NCBI GenBank assembly: GCA_045803545.1
Contig: JBJMOW010000004.1
Location: 416,001-480,000, forward strand
Direction of reading: 5' to 3'
DNA: 64,000 bases
DNA from: Gemmatimonadaceae bacterium
Lineage (GTDB): Bacteria; Gemmatimonadota; Gemmatimonadetes; Gemmatimonadales; Gemmatimonadaceae
Both the position numbers and the translations under genes were made by a program. The stretch's first letter is position 1. Every line of letters starts with the position of its first letter. The notes under the pieces were generated by a model. It ran no database searches. It was not told the DNA's origin and saw nothing but the letters and a program-made list of their open reading frames with translations. Positions 47,390-56,505 of the stretch are shown piece by piece.

Positions 47390-48383
47390 TCGCGGGTAGT
47401 GGGACTCCGCCGAGGTTAAGCGTGGTTCCCACTCCGGCGGCCTGTGCTTTTTCGTAGACAATAGATGCCGCAGCGGCGTCTTCGATCGCGACTCCGGTGC
47501 TGTCGAAGATGATTATCTCGCTGTCGTCGTGTCTGCCGGCGATGCGTCTGCTGACGACCTCGTCGAGCGAGGCGCGCACATCGGAGATTGTCATATCGCC
47601 AGCGTCGATCGCGTGGTGCAGGTCGCCGATCCTGGCGCACTGGTCGATGTCGTCGACCACGACAACGGCGCTGCGGAGAAGTTCGACGCTCAGCTCCTGC
47701 TTATCCTCGCTATCGGCGCCGACAGCAGCGATGAATGTACCGCGGTTAACGTCGTCGACATCGATTATCGGCTGATTTGAAGGCGTTGTCGTAACGACGA
47801 TCGTGCTACCGGCTGTTGCTTCATGCACGGTCGCCGAGCTGGCGCAATCTACGCCGTGCGCCGTGCGCATTTCGCTGCAGAATGCTGCAGTCGCGGCCGA
47901 GTCGAGATCGTAGGCGCGCAGCCGGCGAATCGGTCGAACCTGCAGCAGTGCTTCTACATGCGCCCGAGCCTGAATCCCACAACCGATTACTGCCAGGGTA
48001 TATGCGTTCTCCAACGCCAGCCACCTGGCTGCGACCGCACTCGCGGCGGCTGTTCGCATCGCTGTAATGATGCCGGAGTCCATTAGTGCCAACGGCGTGC
48101 CGGTCAACGCGTCGAAGAGTACTACGACTCCCTGAATCGAAGGCAAACCTCTCCGTGCTGGATTGGCGGGCAAGTTCGCATTGATCTTCGTAACTGCGTA
48201 CGAGTGGTTACTGTCGAGAGTCGCGAGCTTGGCGTGGAGCTTTCCACCTTCCAGAGCGACTCCGGCGACTGCGCTGCTGGCTCGAGCTCCCAGTCCCCGT
48301 GCGCGAAACGCCGCCTCGACTGCGTCGATGCACGACGGCATGTCCAGAAGCCGTTTCACTTGTTGCGCTGTGAGCACAAGCAT
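47367..48383 (-). CDS. Ornithine cyclodeaminase / mu-crystallin family protein
   Basis: ITAMRTAA.S, G.G.QA, AVGAD...K.E and FDSTG.AIED. Confidence 0.9.
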   Translation of the reverse strand: MLVLTAQQVKRLLDMPSCIDAVEAAFRARGLGARASSAVAGVALEGGKLHAKLATLDSNHSYAVTKINANLPANPARRGLPSIQGVVVLFDALTGTPLALMDSGIITAMRTAAASAVAARWLALENAYTLAVIGCGIQARAHVEALLQVRPIRRLRAYDLDSAATAAFCSEMRTAHGVDCASSATVHEATAGSTIVVTTTPSNQPIIDVDDVNRGTFIAAVGADSEDKQELSVELLRSAVVVVDDIDQCARIGDLHHAIDAGDMTISDVRASLDEVVSRRIAGRHDDSEIIIFDSTGVAIEDAAAASIVYEKAQAAGVGTTLNLGGVPLPAISDQSSS

Positions 48384-48401
48384 GGTGCCTCCGGTTTCGG
48401 A

Positions 48402-49748
48402 CTAGGGTGTGCGATCGCAACCCAACTGTGGAGCGACGGATTTCCTGACGGCGTAGCTGCGGAAAAGCTGGTTGCGCTCGGCGCACAACTGGGCGTTGTC
48501 GGGCTGGATCGACTGAGCCAATCCGTACAGCGTGAGTGCTTTTAGCGTATCGCCCTGCGCGAGATAGCGTCGTGGCTCGTAGAAGGACGCCCGCACGAAG
48601 ATGGACGAGAGCTCGCGGCGTGCTGCGAGCGCGCCGATGGTGTCGACGGATTGTCGGGCCCGATCTCTGAGCTCGTCGAGCTTGAGCGCTGAGCGGAGCC
48701 GGTCGACGGGTTGAGGTCTGTCGGCTCGTGAGAAGTCGGAGAAGAAAGCGTCCTCGCGTTCGAGAGCGGTCTGACTTTCGGCCGCCAACTGCGAGACGCG
48801 TTTCGCGGTCCGCTTCACTACGTCACGCTCCGCCAGCGTCGTCGCGGCTGCAACGAGGACGGACGCATCGTGAAGGCCGGAAAAATCAGCAGCCGCCTGG
48901 CGATACAATAGAGAGGCTGCGTACGGGTCAACGCGGGCAAGTGAATCAGTCGATGCAACGGTAACCTTATAGACGGAGTCGACCCAGGTGCGGTCTACCG
49001 ATAGTCGTCCGTCACGCATTGCCTGAAGTTGGAGCCAGACGATAGCGTTGCTGCAAATCGTCTCTGGTGGCCAGCTGTGCGGGCCATCGAAAGTCTCGAG
49101 GTGATGGCGAATGGCGAACGCATCGAGCTTGGCGTCAAGCGCGCGTACTTCCTCGTAATTGAAGTCGGTAGTTCCAACGCTGAGGAACACCGCGAAGGGC
49201 GTCGTATCCCTGGCAAGGCTTCTTTGTAACAGCAGTTGCGGCATTGGTAATCCGGCACCGACTTCGATCAAGCCAGCGACGTTATCCGGAATCGAATAGC
49301 CATAGTTCCAGGCGAGTCTGCCGGTCCCGGAGAACCCGGCGAAGTAGAACCGATGAAGGTCGATGGAGTATCGTGACTGGGCGTCATCGAGCAGAGCGTT
49401 GAGCGCTCGGTCATTTGGCTCAATCGGCCCGTCGCTCTGAGTCTGATACGAGCTCATGACGACGTATCCGTATCGTTCTGCTTCAGCGCGGAAAAGTCGC
49501 ATCGGCACCATGGCGCGCCCGCGCGGATCCATCAAAAACAAAACCGGCCAGCGGTGCCCTCTGTCGTAACCGGACGGCAAATAGAGAGCGTAGGTCTGCG
49601 ACGTATCGCTCGTCGCATGGACTGTATCGATAACGACGCCGGGCCGAATCGTATCAACCGTCGCGGTGCCTGCCATTGCGGCGACGGGAAGCGCGCACGT
49701 CGATGCGACGACAGCGAGAGCGAGACACGAACGCATATGGCTGGTCAT
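48402..49748 (-). CDS. Secreted alpha/beta hydrolase (esterase-like) with a helical C-terminus
   Basis: Signal peptide; YLPS.Y, AGFSGTG nucleophile, G..DFN and FDGPH.W. Confidence 0.7.
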   Translation of the reverse strand: MTSHMRSCLALAVVASTCALPVAAMAGTATVDTIRPGVVIDTVHATSDTSQTYALYLPSGYDRGHRWPVLFLMDPRGRAMVPMRLFRAEAERYGYVVMSSYQTQSDGPIEPNDRALNALLDDAQSRYSIDLHRFYFAGFSGTGRLAWNYGYSIPDNVAGLIEVGAGLPMPQLLLQRSLARDTTPFAVFLSVGTTDFNYEEVRALDAKLDAFAIRHHLETFDGPHSWPPETICSNAIVWLQLQAMRDGRLSVDRTWVDSVYKVTVASTDSLARVDPYAASLLYRQAAADFSGLHDASVLVAAATTLAERDVVKRTAKRVSQLAAESQTALEREDAFFSDFSRADRPQPVDRLRSALKLDELRDRARQSVDTIGALAARRELSSIFVRASFYEPRRYLAQGDTLKALTLYGLAQSIQPDNAQLCAERNQLFRSYAVRKSVAPQLGCDRTP

Positions 49749-49780
49749 GAACTTACCCCCGGGTGCTAGCTTATGTGCCT

Positions 49781-50464
49781 GTGCTTTCTTTGATCGGCAT
49801 CGTCATCGTCGTCATCGGATTTGTCCTTCGGATAAATCCACTGCTGGTCGTTACAGTGGCCGGGCTGGCCACAGGCATCGCGAGCGGACTCGGGCCACTG
49901 GAGGTCATTGCCGCGTTCGGCAAGGCCTTCATCACCAGCCGCTACGTCGCAATTGTTTGGTTGGTTCTGCCCGTGATTGGTTTACTCGAGCACGCCGGAC
50001 TCAAGGAGCGAGCGCGCGGCGTTGTCGCGCGGCTGCGTGCCGCGACTGCCAGCCGAATCCTGCTTGCCTATTTCGCCATTCGCCAAATTACCGCCGCCCT
50101 CGGCCTGACATCACTCGGTGGTCACCCGCAGATGGTGCGACCGTTGATCGCCCCGATGGCTGAAGGCGCTGCTGAGAACCAGTACGGCAAACTGCCGGAC
50201 AAAGTCCGCAACACCATCCGCGCGAATGCAGCCGCGGTCGACAACATCGCCTTGTTCTTCGGCGAAGACATCTTCATCGCCATCGGATCGATCCTGTTGA
50301 TTCGTGGATTTCTCGACCAGAATGGAGTTCACGTCGAGCCGACTGAGCTCGCGATCTGGGCGATCCCAACGGCGATCTGCGCACTCGTGATTCACTGCAC
50401 GCGACTGATGCTTCTCGAGCGTCGGCTGCGCAGAGAGTTGTCACCCAGCTCCGACGGCGCTTGA
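49781..50464 (+). CDS. DUF969 family membrane protein (putative 5-oxoproline transporter subunit)
   Basis: LPVIGLLE..GL.E.A, GGHPQMVRPL..PM and N...FFGEDIF.A.G. Start could be 49763 or 49781. Confidence 0.85.
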   Translation: MLSLIGIVIVVIGFVLRINPLLVVTVAGLATGIASGLGPLEVIAAFGKAFITSRYVAIVWLVLPVIGLLEHAGLKERARGVVARLRAATASRILLAYFAIRQITAALGLTSLGGHPQMVRPLIAPMAEGAAENQYGKLPDKVRNTIRANAAAVDNIALFFGEDIFIAIGSILLIRGFLDQNGVHVEPTELAIWAIPTAICALVIHCTRLMLLERRLRRELSPSSDGA

Positions 50465-51414
50465 TCACACTCGAGCACGTCTACTGGCTCACGGGCCTGA
50501 TGATGGCGGGAGTGTCGATCGTGAACTGGCGCGATCGCACCAATCGTCGGCGTTTCAACAACACCGCGTTCTGGGGGATCTACGCAATCACGTTCCTTTT
50601 CGGCTCGCGAATGCCTGATCTGGCGAGCGGGTTTCTGGTGATTGCGATGGTGTTGGTGGCTAGCATCCGCGGATTGGGACAAGGCGTCGACCAGAGCTCA
50701 CCCGAGAAACGCGAGTCGAGCGCGCTGCAGTGGGGCAACAAGCTGTTCATTCCAGCGCTGGCAATTCCGATAGTGACGGTCGTCGGGACGCTCACGCTCA
50801 AACACGTCACCATCGCCGGCAGCCCACTCGTGGACGTCAAGCAAGTCACGGTGATCTCGCTGGCCATTGCGACAGTCATTGCTCTGGCGATCGGAATGAT
50901 CCTTCTGCGGCCGCCGCTGTCAGCGCCAATCAGGGAAGCGAGGCGATTGCTGGATGCAGTCGGCTGGGCGGCGGTTCTACCGCAGATGCTCGCGGCGCTT
51001 GGAGCTTTGTTCGCGTTGGCGGGCGTCGGAACCGTAGTGTCCGGACTGGCGCAGCGCTGGATTCCGCTGGACACTCCGTTTTTAGTAGTGATCACCTATA
51101 CGGTTGGAATGGCGGTGTTCACGATGATCATGGGTAACGCCTTCGCTGCGTTCCCGGTGATGACAGCAGGAATTGGATTGCCGCTGATCGTGCAGAAATT
51201 CGGCGGAGATCCGACGATCATGGCGGCGATCGGAATGCTTTCCGGCTTTTGTGGTACACTGATGACGCCTATGGCGGCGAACTTCAACATCGTACCGACG
51301 GCGCTGCTCGAGCTCCCTGACGAGAACGCGGTAATCAAAGTGCAGATTCCGACAGCGCTGATCCTGCTCGGCGCCAACATCCTGCTCATGAACTTTCTTG
51401 TCTTTCGTCGGTGA
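50461..51414 (+). CDS. DUF979 family membrane protein
   Basis: LPQMLA.LG..F..AGVG, MIMGNAFAAFPVMTAGIG and GFCGTLMTPMAANFNIVP. Confidence 0.88.
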   Translation: MITLEHVYWLTGLMMAGVSIVNWRDRTNRRRFNNTAFWGIYAITFLFGSRMPDLASGFLVIAMVLVASIRGLGQGVDQSSPEKRESSALQWGNKLFIPALAIPIVTVVGTLTLKHVTIAGSPLVDVKQVTVISLAIATVIALAIGMILLRPPLSAPIREARRLLDAVGWAAVLPQMLAALGALFALAGVGTVVSGLAQRWIPLDTPFLVVITYTVGMAVFTMIMGNAFAAFPVMTAGIGLPLIVQKFGGDPTIMAAIGMLSGFCGTLMTPMAANFNIVPTALLELPDENAVIKVQIPTALILLGANILLMNFLVFRR

Positions 51415-52421
51415 CGCACTCGCCTTTGCTGACTCCCGATCTGGCAGCCAAGTTCGCGCGATTGGCTCTGTCGCACGTGACACGTGAGTATCCCAATATT
51501 CTCGATCACGTCCTCAACAACTCAGACGACGTCAAATCGCCGCGAGAGCTTCATCCAGTTTTCTTCGGCAGTTTCGATTGGCACTCCTGCGTACACGGCT
51601 ATTGGCTGCTTGCGACTGTCGAGCGCCTCTTTCCAGCGCTCGAGGTCACCGGAGAGATCAGGCAGCTGTTCGACGCTCAGCTGACGTCGGCGAAAGTGCA
51701 GGCGGAGGTCGAGTACCTGGCGCAGCCGTTGCGCGCAACATTTGAGCGGCCGTATGGCTGGGGGTGGCTGCTGATGCTATCTGCGGAGCTAAACCGCGGG
51801 AGTGTTGAGCGGCAAACATGGCGTGATGCGCTGAGCCCGTTGGCCACAGCGTTCGCCGAGCGATTCAAAAGCTTTTTGCCCAAAGCAACTTACCCGACGC
51901 GGGTTGGTACCCACTTCAACAGCGCGTTCGCCATCGCGCTCGCGCTCGAGTACGCTGACGAGTTCTCCGACACCGGACTCGAGTCCCTGCTGCGCATGAC
52001 AAGCAGTCGCTGGTTTGAAAACGACGCTGACGTTCAGGCATGGGAGCCGAGCGGGGAGGATTTTCTCTCACCGTCGTTGATGGAGGCGGAGTGCATGCGA
52101 CGTGCGGTGGGCTCCTCGGAATTCTCGAACTGGCTCGATCGGTTCTTTCCCCGGCTGGAGAGCCGTGAGCCCGTGGCACTGTTCACTCCTGCGATCGTCA
52201 GTGATCGCAGCGATGGCAGAATTGCCCACCTCGATGGCCTGAATCTGAGTCGCGCCTGGTGTTGGCGTTCTCTGTCCCGGACGTGGCCAGCCGGCGACGT
52301 TCGCCAGACTATCGCGCTCGAAGCTGCGGACCAGCACCTCGGTGCCAGCATGCCACACGTCGCTGGTGACTACATGGGCGAGCACTGGCTGGCAACGTTC
52401 GCCCTGCTGGCTTTGTTATGA
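51411..52421 (+). CDS. DUF2891 family protein
   Basis: EYPN, HP.F.GSFDWHS.VH, FERPYG..W, R.GTH.N.AF, HLDGLN.SRAW and Y.GEHWLA.FA. Confidence 0.88.
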   Translation: MTHSPLLTPDLAAKFARLALSHVTREYPNILDHVLNNSDDVKSPRELHPVFFGSFDWHSCVHGYWLLATVERLFPALEVTGEIRQLFDAQLTSAKVQAEVEYLAQPLRATFERPYGWGWLLMLSAELNRGSVERQTWRDALSPLATAFAERFKSFLPKATYPTRVGTHFNSAFAIALALEYADEFSDTGLESLLRMTSSRWFENDADVQAWEPSGEDFLSPSLMEAECMRRAVGSSEFSNWLDRFFPRLESREPVALFTPAIVSDRSDGRIAHLDGLNLSRAWCWRSLSRTWPAGDVRQTIALEAADQHLGASMPHVAGDYMGEHWLATFALLALL

Positions 52422-52891
52422 CACGGACAAGACGGGCGGCTGTAGTCGTTCTGTTCGTATCGATCGCCGCAATCGCGATCGCGTACGGCGCCGCTTTAGC
52501 GACGAGAGGGACATCGACCCTGGCGCCCTGGATTGCGGCGATCGCTGTGCCGATATCCCTCACCGCAATCATGATTCTCGGCGCGGTCCGCGGCGACAAG
52601 GGAATCGGAAGGCTCGGAATCCCCTTTGGCTTCGTCGCATTGATATTGATTGTGGGGTTTCTCGCAGCGCTAATTCTCCCCGCGACGGAGAGCTCGACGA
52701 GCAGTTTGTGGCTCGGGCTTCCCATGCGAGCGGCGATTGTGATTTATGGAATTGGCGTGTTGCCGATCATCGTGCTGCCGGTGGCATACGCGCTGACCTT
52801 CGAGACCCAAACGCTCAGTGCTCAAGACGTAGAGCGCGTCCGAGAGCTGGGGCGATCCAACGCGCGTAATCAGGCACAGGCGGACACGTGA
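52418..52891 (+). CDS. Small four-TM membrane protein (possible symporter accessory subunit)
   Basis: Four hydrophobic segments; 4-bp overlaps with both neighbours. Confidence 0.7.
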   Translation: MTRTRRAAVVVLFVSIAAIAIAYGAALATRGTSTLAPWIAAIAVPISLTAIMILGAVRGDKGIGRLGIPFGFVALILIVGFLAALILPATESSTSSLWLGLPMRAAIVIYGIGVLPIIVLPVAYALTFETQTLSAQDVERVRELGRSNARNQAQADT

Positions 52892-54402
52892 CAGAACGCG
52901 TTTTCGCTTTGATGCAGACGGCTTTGCCAAGCGTGGCGCAGCCGGCAGTGATCACGGTCGGCCTCTTGTATTTCGCGGTCATCGTCGGGATCAGCGTCTG
53001 GGCGGCGCGCCGGACACGGACGGCGAACGACTTCTTCGTCGCCGGGAAAGGCATCGGTCTCGTCGCGCTGACGGTGGCTTCGGTTTCCGTCTCAGTGTCG
53101 GGATTCGCGTTCATCGGCGGTCCGGGATTCGTGTATACGGCCGGGCTGGGCGCGGTCTACATCGTACTGCCAGCGGCGGTGACCAACGTGATGGGCGCGT
53201 GGGTTCTGGCCAAGCGAATGCGATTACTCGGTGAGGCACGCGGGCTGATCACGATTCCCGACGCGATAGGTGCGCGCTACGACTCACGTGCAGCCCAGGG
53301 CGTATCTGCGATCGCCATTCTCATCGGAATTATCGGCTACATGGCGACCAATGCGCTGGCGATGGGCGTTGTCATCAACGCCATCTTCGGGGTTGGACTT
53401 GGCTGGGGAATCTGGATTGGGATGGGCGTGACGCTCGCCTACTCGGCGTCGGGAGGAATTCTCGCGGGCATTTACAACGACGTGTTCCAGGGGACGCTGA
53501 TGGGCATCGCGTCGGTGCTGGTCTTCGTGTTTGTGCTGAAGCTCGCGGGCGGGCTCGGGGCAATCAGTCAAACGATCCTCCAGCACGATCCCTTGTTTCT
53601 ATCACCCTGGGGAAAACTCACGCCACTGGCCGCATTGTCGTTCTTCTTCGTTTTCTCGATGGGATCGCTTGGCCAGCCACAGGCTGTTCACAAGTACTAC
53701 ATGCTGCGGGATCCGCTGCAGTTGAAGTGGTATCCGCTGTTGAAGACACTCGGACTCGTGCTCGTGCTTCTCCTGTACTTCGGCGTCGGAGTCGGTGTGA
53801 AGGCATTTGTAACGACCGGAAGATTGGCGCCGCTGGCCAGCCCCGACCAGGCGACGCCGGCTCTTTTGCTGACTGCAACGCCGATCGTGCTGGCCGCACT
53901 CGTATTCTCGGGAGTCGCGGCCGCGACGATGAGCGCGGCCAATTCTTTTATCAACATCGGGGCGGCGATAGTCACACACGATCTTCCGATTGCGCTCGGC
54001 CGCCGCGTGAAGAATGAGCTGCGGTGGGGAAGAACGGTGACAATTCTGATCGCTGTCGCTGCTGCAATAACGGCGCAGCAATCTGGCGCGATGGTCGCAT
54101 TCCTCGGAATCTTCGGCTGGGGATTATTCGCATCGACGCTCGTGCCGGCCCTCGCGGTTGGATTGAACTGGCAAGGCGCTACGACAGCGGGCGCAATTTC
54201 CTCGATCCTGACCGGACTGATCATCACGCTAGCGCTCGAGACAGCGTCGTATCTCAAGCTGTTCAAGTTCCCGGCGGGTGTCACCGCATCCGCTGTCGCG
54301 ATGGTCGCGTCGCTTTTGGTGTTCTTCGCGGTATCGTGGCTAACGAGTCGCGGTCGAGATCAGGCGATCGCCGAGGACGTGAAGCTCGTAATGGAGCTCT
54401 GA
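52888..54402 (+). CDS. Sodium:solute symporter family transporter
   Basis: DFFVAG, SGFAFIGGPG, T.PD....RY, YS..GG..A...D.FQG and AA.MS. Confidence 0.88.
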   Translation: MTERVFALMQTALPSVAQPAVITVGLLYFAVIVGISVWAARRTRTANDFFVAGKGIGLVALTVASVSVSVSGFAFIGGPGFVYTAGLGAVYIVLPAAVTNVMGAWVLAKRMRLLGEARGLITIPDAIGARYDSRAAQGVSAIAILIGIIGYMATNALAMGVVINAIFGVGLGWGIWIGMGVTLAYSASGGILAGIYNDVFQGTLMGIASVLVFVFVLKLAGGLGAISQTILQHDPLFLSPWGKLTPLAALSFFFVFSMGSLGQPQAVHKYYMLRDPLQLKWYPLLKTLGLVLVLLLYFGVGVGVKAFVTTGRLAPLASPDQATPALLLTATPIVLAALVFSGVAAATMSAANSFINIGAAIVTHDLPIALGRRVKNELRWGRTVTILIAVAAAITAQQSGAMVAFLGIFGWGLFASTLVPALAVGLNWQGATTAGAISSILTGLIITLALETASYLKLFKFPAGVTASAVAMVASLLVFFAVSWLTSRGRDQAIAEDVKLVMEL

Positions 54403-55800
54403 CTACTCGGTCGCGGCTTTTTTCTCGGCTTTGGGCGCCATCACTCGCACGCTCTTGATGTTGACGAACTCGCGAATGCCAAACTCGCCGAGCTCGCGAC
54501 CGAATCCGGAATTCTTGACACCGCCAAACGGCAATCGTGCATCGGAGACGACCATGCCGTTGATGAAGACCAGTCCCGCCTGAATCTCCGCGACGCAGCG
54601 ATCCTGTTCCGCGCGATCGCGAGTCCAGGCTGAGGCACCGAGTCCGAAGCTGGTGCCATTGGCGATGCGAATAGCGTCGTTGACGTCTTTCGCTTTGAAA
54701 ACGGATGCAACAGGTCCGAATAGCTCATCACTCGCAGCAGGTGCCGACGGTGGGATGTCCGCGAGCACGGTCGGTTCATAGTAGTAGCCTTCACGATCGA
54801 TCTTCTTGCCGCCTGTTAGCAGATGAGCTCCTGCTTTCACAGAAGCCTGCACCTGCTGGTCGAGCTCATCGCGGATCGCGCCGGTTGCAAGCGGACCAAG
54901 CTCAGTGCTCTCGTCGAGCGGATCTCCAACGCGAACTTTGGAGACGTGCTTTACGAACTCAGCGACGAAGCGGTCGTAGATCTGCTGATGGATGATGAAT
55001 CGCTTCGCTGCGATGCACGACTGGCCGTTGTTGATCATGCGCGCAGTCACCGCCGTCGAAACGGCGGCATCGAAATCAGCACTCGGCATGACGATGAACG
55101 GATCGCTGCCGCCAAGCTCGACGACTGATTTCTTGAGATTCTTACCAGCTGCGCCGGCGACGGCGCGACCAGCGCCTTCGCTGCCGGTCAATGTAACGGC
55201 GGCGATGCGCGGATCACCGATGATCGCTTCAATCGCTTCGGTTCCAATCAAAAGCGTCTGAAACGTCCCTTCGTCAAAGCCAGCGCGACGAAACAGATCT
55301 TCGATTGCCAATGCGCACTGAGGGACATTCGACGCGTGCTTCAGCAAACCAGCATTGCCGGCCATCACCGCCGGCGCCGCGAAGCGGAATACCTGCCAAA
55401 ACGGGAAATTCCAGGGCATGATAGCGAGCACGGCACCGAGTGGCTGAAACGCGATCCAGCTCTGACCGCCTTCCATCGTAACCACTTCATCAGCCAGGAA
55501 TCGCTCCGCGTTGTCAGCGTAGTAGGTGCATGCAGTCGCGCACTTCTGAGCCTCGGCGATCGCCGCCTTGATCGGCTTTCCCATCTCGATAGTCATCAGG
55601 CGGCCGAGCTCCCGAGACTCCGTTTCGAGAAGTCCGGCGACCTTTCGCATTCTGGCCGCGCGATCAGCGAAGGGAGTAAGGCGGTTTTCCTCGTAGGCGT
55701 CGCGCGCGCGACTTAAAGCCTTGTCGACCTCAGCGCCGGAAAATGGCTCAAAGGTTTTGACTGTCTTCCCGGTGGCCGGATTGATTGTCGCGATGCCCAT
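54403..55800 (-). CDS. NAD(P)-dependent succinate-semialdehyde dehydrogenase (Sad/GabD1-like)
   Basis: PWNFP.WQ..RF, TGS..AG, ELGGSD, NNGQSCIAAKRF, ELFGPV and PFGG.K.SG.GRE. Confidence 0.88.
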   Translation of the reverse strand: MGIATINPATGKTVKTFEPFSGAEVDKALSRARDAYEENRLTPFADRAARMRKVAGLLETESRELGRLMTIEMGKPIKAAIAEAQKCATACTYYADNAERFLADEVVTMEGGQSWIAFQPLGAVLAIMPWNFPFWQVFRFAAPAVMAGNAGLLKHASNVPQCALAIEDLFRRAGFDEGTFQTLLIGTEAIEAIIGDPRIAAVTLTGSEGAGRAVAGAAGKNLKKSVVELGGSDPFIVMPSADFDAAVSTAVTARMINNGQSCIAAKRFIIHQQIYDRFVAEFVKHVSKVRVGDPLDESTELGPLATGAIRDELDQQVQASVKAGAHLLTGGKKIDREGYYYEPTVLADIPPSAPAASDELFGPVASVFKAKDVNDAIRIANGTSFGLGASAWTRDRAEQDRCVAEIQAGLVFINGMVVSDARLPFGGVKNSGFGRELGEFGIREFVNIKSVRVMAPKAEKKAATE

Positions 55801-55813
55801 ACTATAGAGAATA

Positions 55814-56122
55814 TCACCTGGCGTGTCGCAAATCCTTCTTCGCGACTTTCAACCTCGGCCGCTTCGGATCGCTGAGATCCATTTCCTGCCATCGGACCTC
55901 GAAGACGGAGTAGATTTTCCGCGTCTTGAGCGCGCGCTTGATCGGGCGCACCAACGTCCACGCGGAGAGCCGTTCGACCAAAGCCGAGGCACCAATCAGA
56001 TACGCTTCGATGCGGCAGGCATCCCCGTCTTCTTCAGCCCGAATCTCTTCGATGCGCCCGACCTTTTCTCCATTGGCGTCGTAGACTTTGGCACCAACCA
56101 GGAGCTCGATATTCGCGTCCAT
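55814..56122 (-). CDS. PRC-barrel domain protein
   Basis: LLVGAKVYD.NGEKVG.IEEI and V.W..M; TAATG coupling to the upstream gene. Confidence 0.7.
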   Translation of the reverse strand: MDANIELLVGAKVYDANGEKVGRIEEIRAEEDGDACRIEAYLIGASALVERLSAWTLVRPIKRALKTRKIYSVFEVRWQEMDLSDPKRPRLKVAKKDLRHAR

Positions 56123-56505
56123 TACTCTTCTTCCTCCGATCCACCGCCGGGAAGTCGCTCGATGATGTGACGCGCAATCCAGATCTCCCAATCGATCGCA
56201 CCGCTGTCCTTCGCCTCGATATCGACGTTGATCTCCTTGCCGACTGTCTTGACGCGTGACCAAGGAATCTTTGTGGGCTCTTTCTTCTTCGGCCCCCAGA
56301 GGTGCGACAGTTTCGTAGACAAGCTTCCCAGCGCTGGATGGATGCGTGCCCACAACGTTGGTCCGCCAATGAGGATATGGGTGATATGGGGCTGTGTGTT
56401 TTCTCCGAACTGGATTACCAGCCCGCTGGCCCGACCCATGTCGCACTCTTCGCGGTCCACCAGTTTCTTGTCGAGCACATCACGGATGAGATCCATGTCA
56501 GCCAC
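56122..56505 (-). CDS. PRC-barrel-like protein
   Basis: DL.RDVLD..LVD.....GR and IPW..V..VG..I; C-terminal I..LPGG. Confidence 0.65.
   Translation of the reverse strand: MADMDLIRDVLDKKLVDREECDMGRASGLVIQFGENTQPHITHILIGGPTLWARIHPALGSLSTKLSHLWGPKKKEPTKIPWSRVKTVGKEINVDIEAKDSGAIDWEIWIARHIIERLPGGGSEEEE

Noticed and set aside
55814..56446. 210-aa ORF as called in the track
   Set aside because: Its N-terminal half overlaps the 56122-56505 gene in another frame. The real start is most likely ATG 56122, coupled by TAATG.
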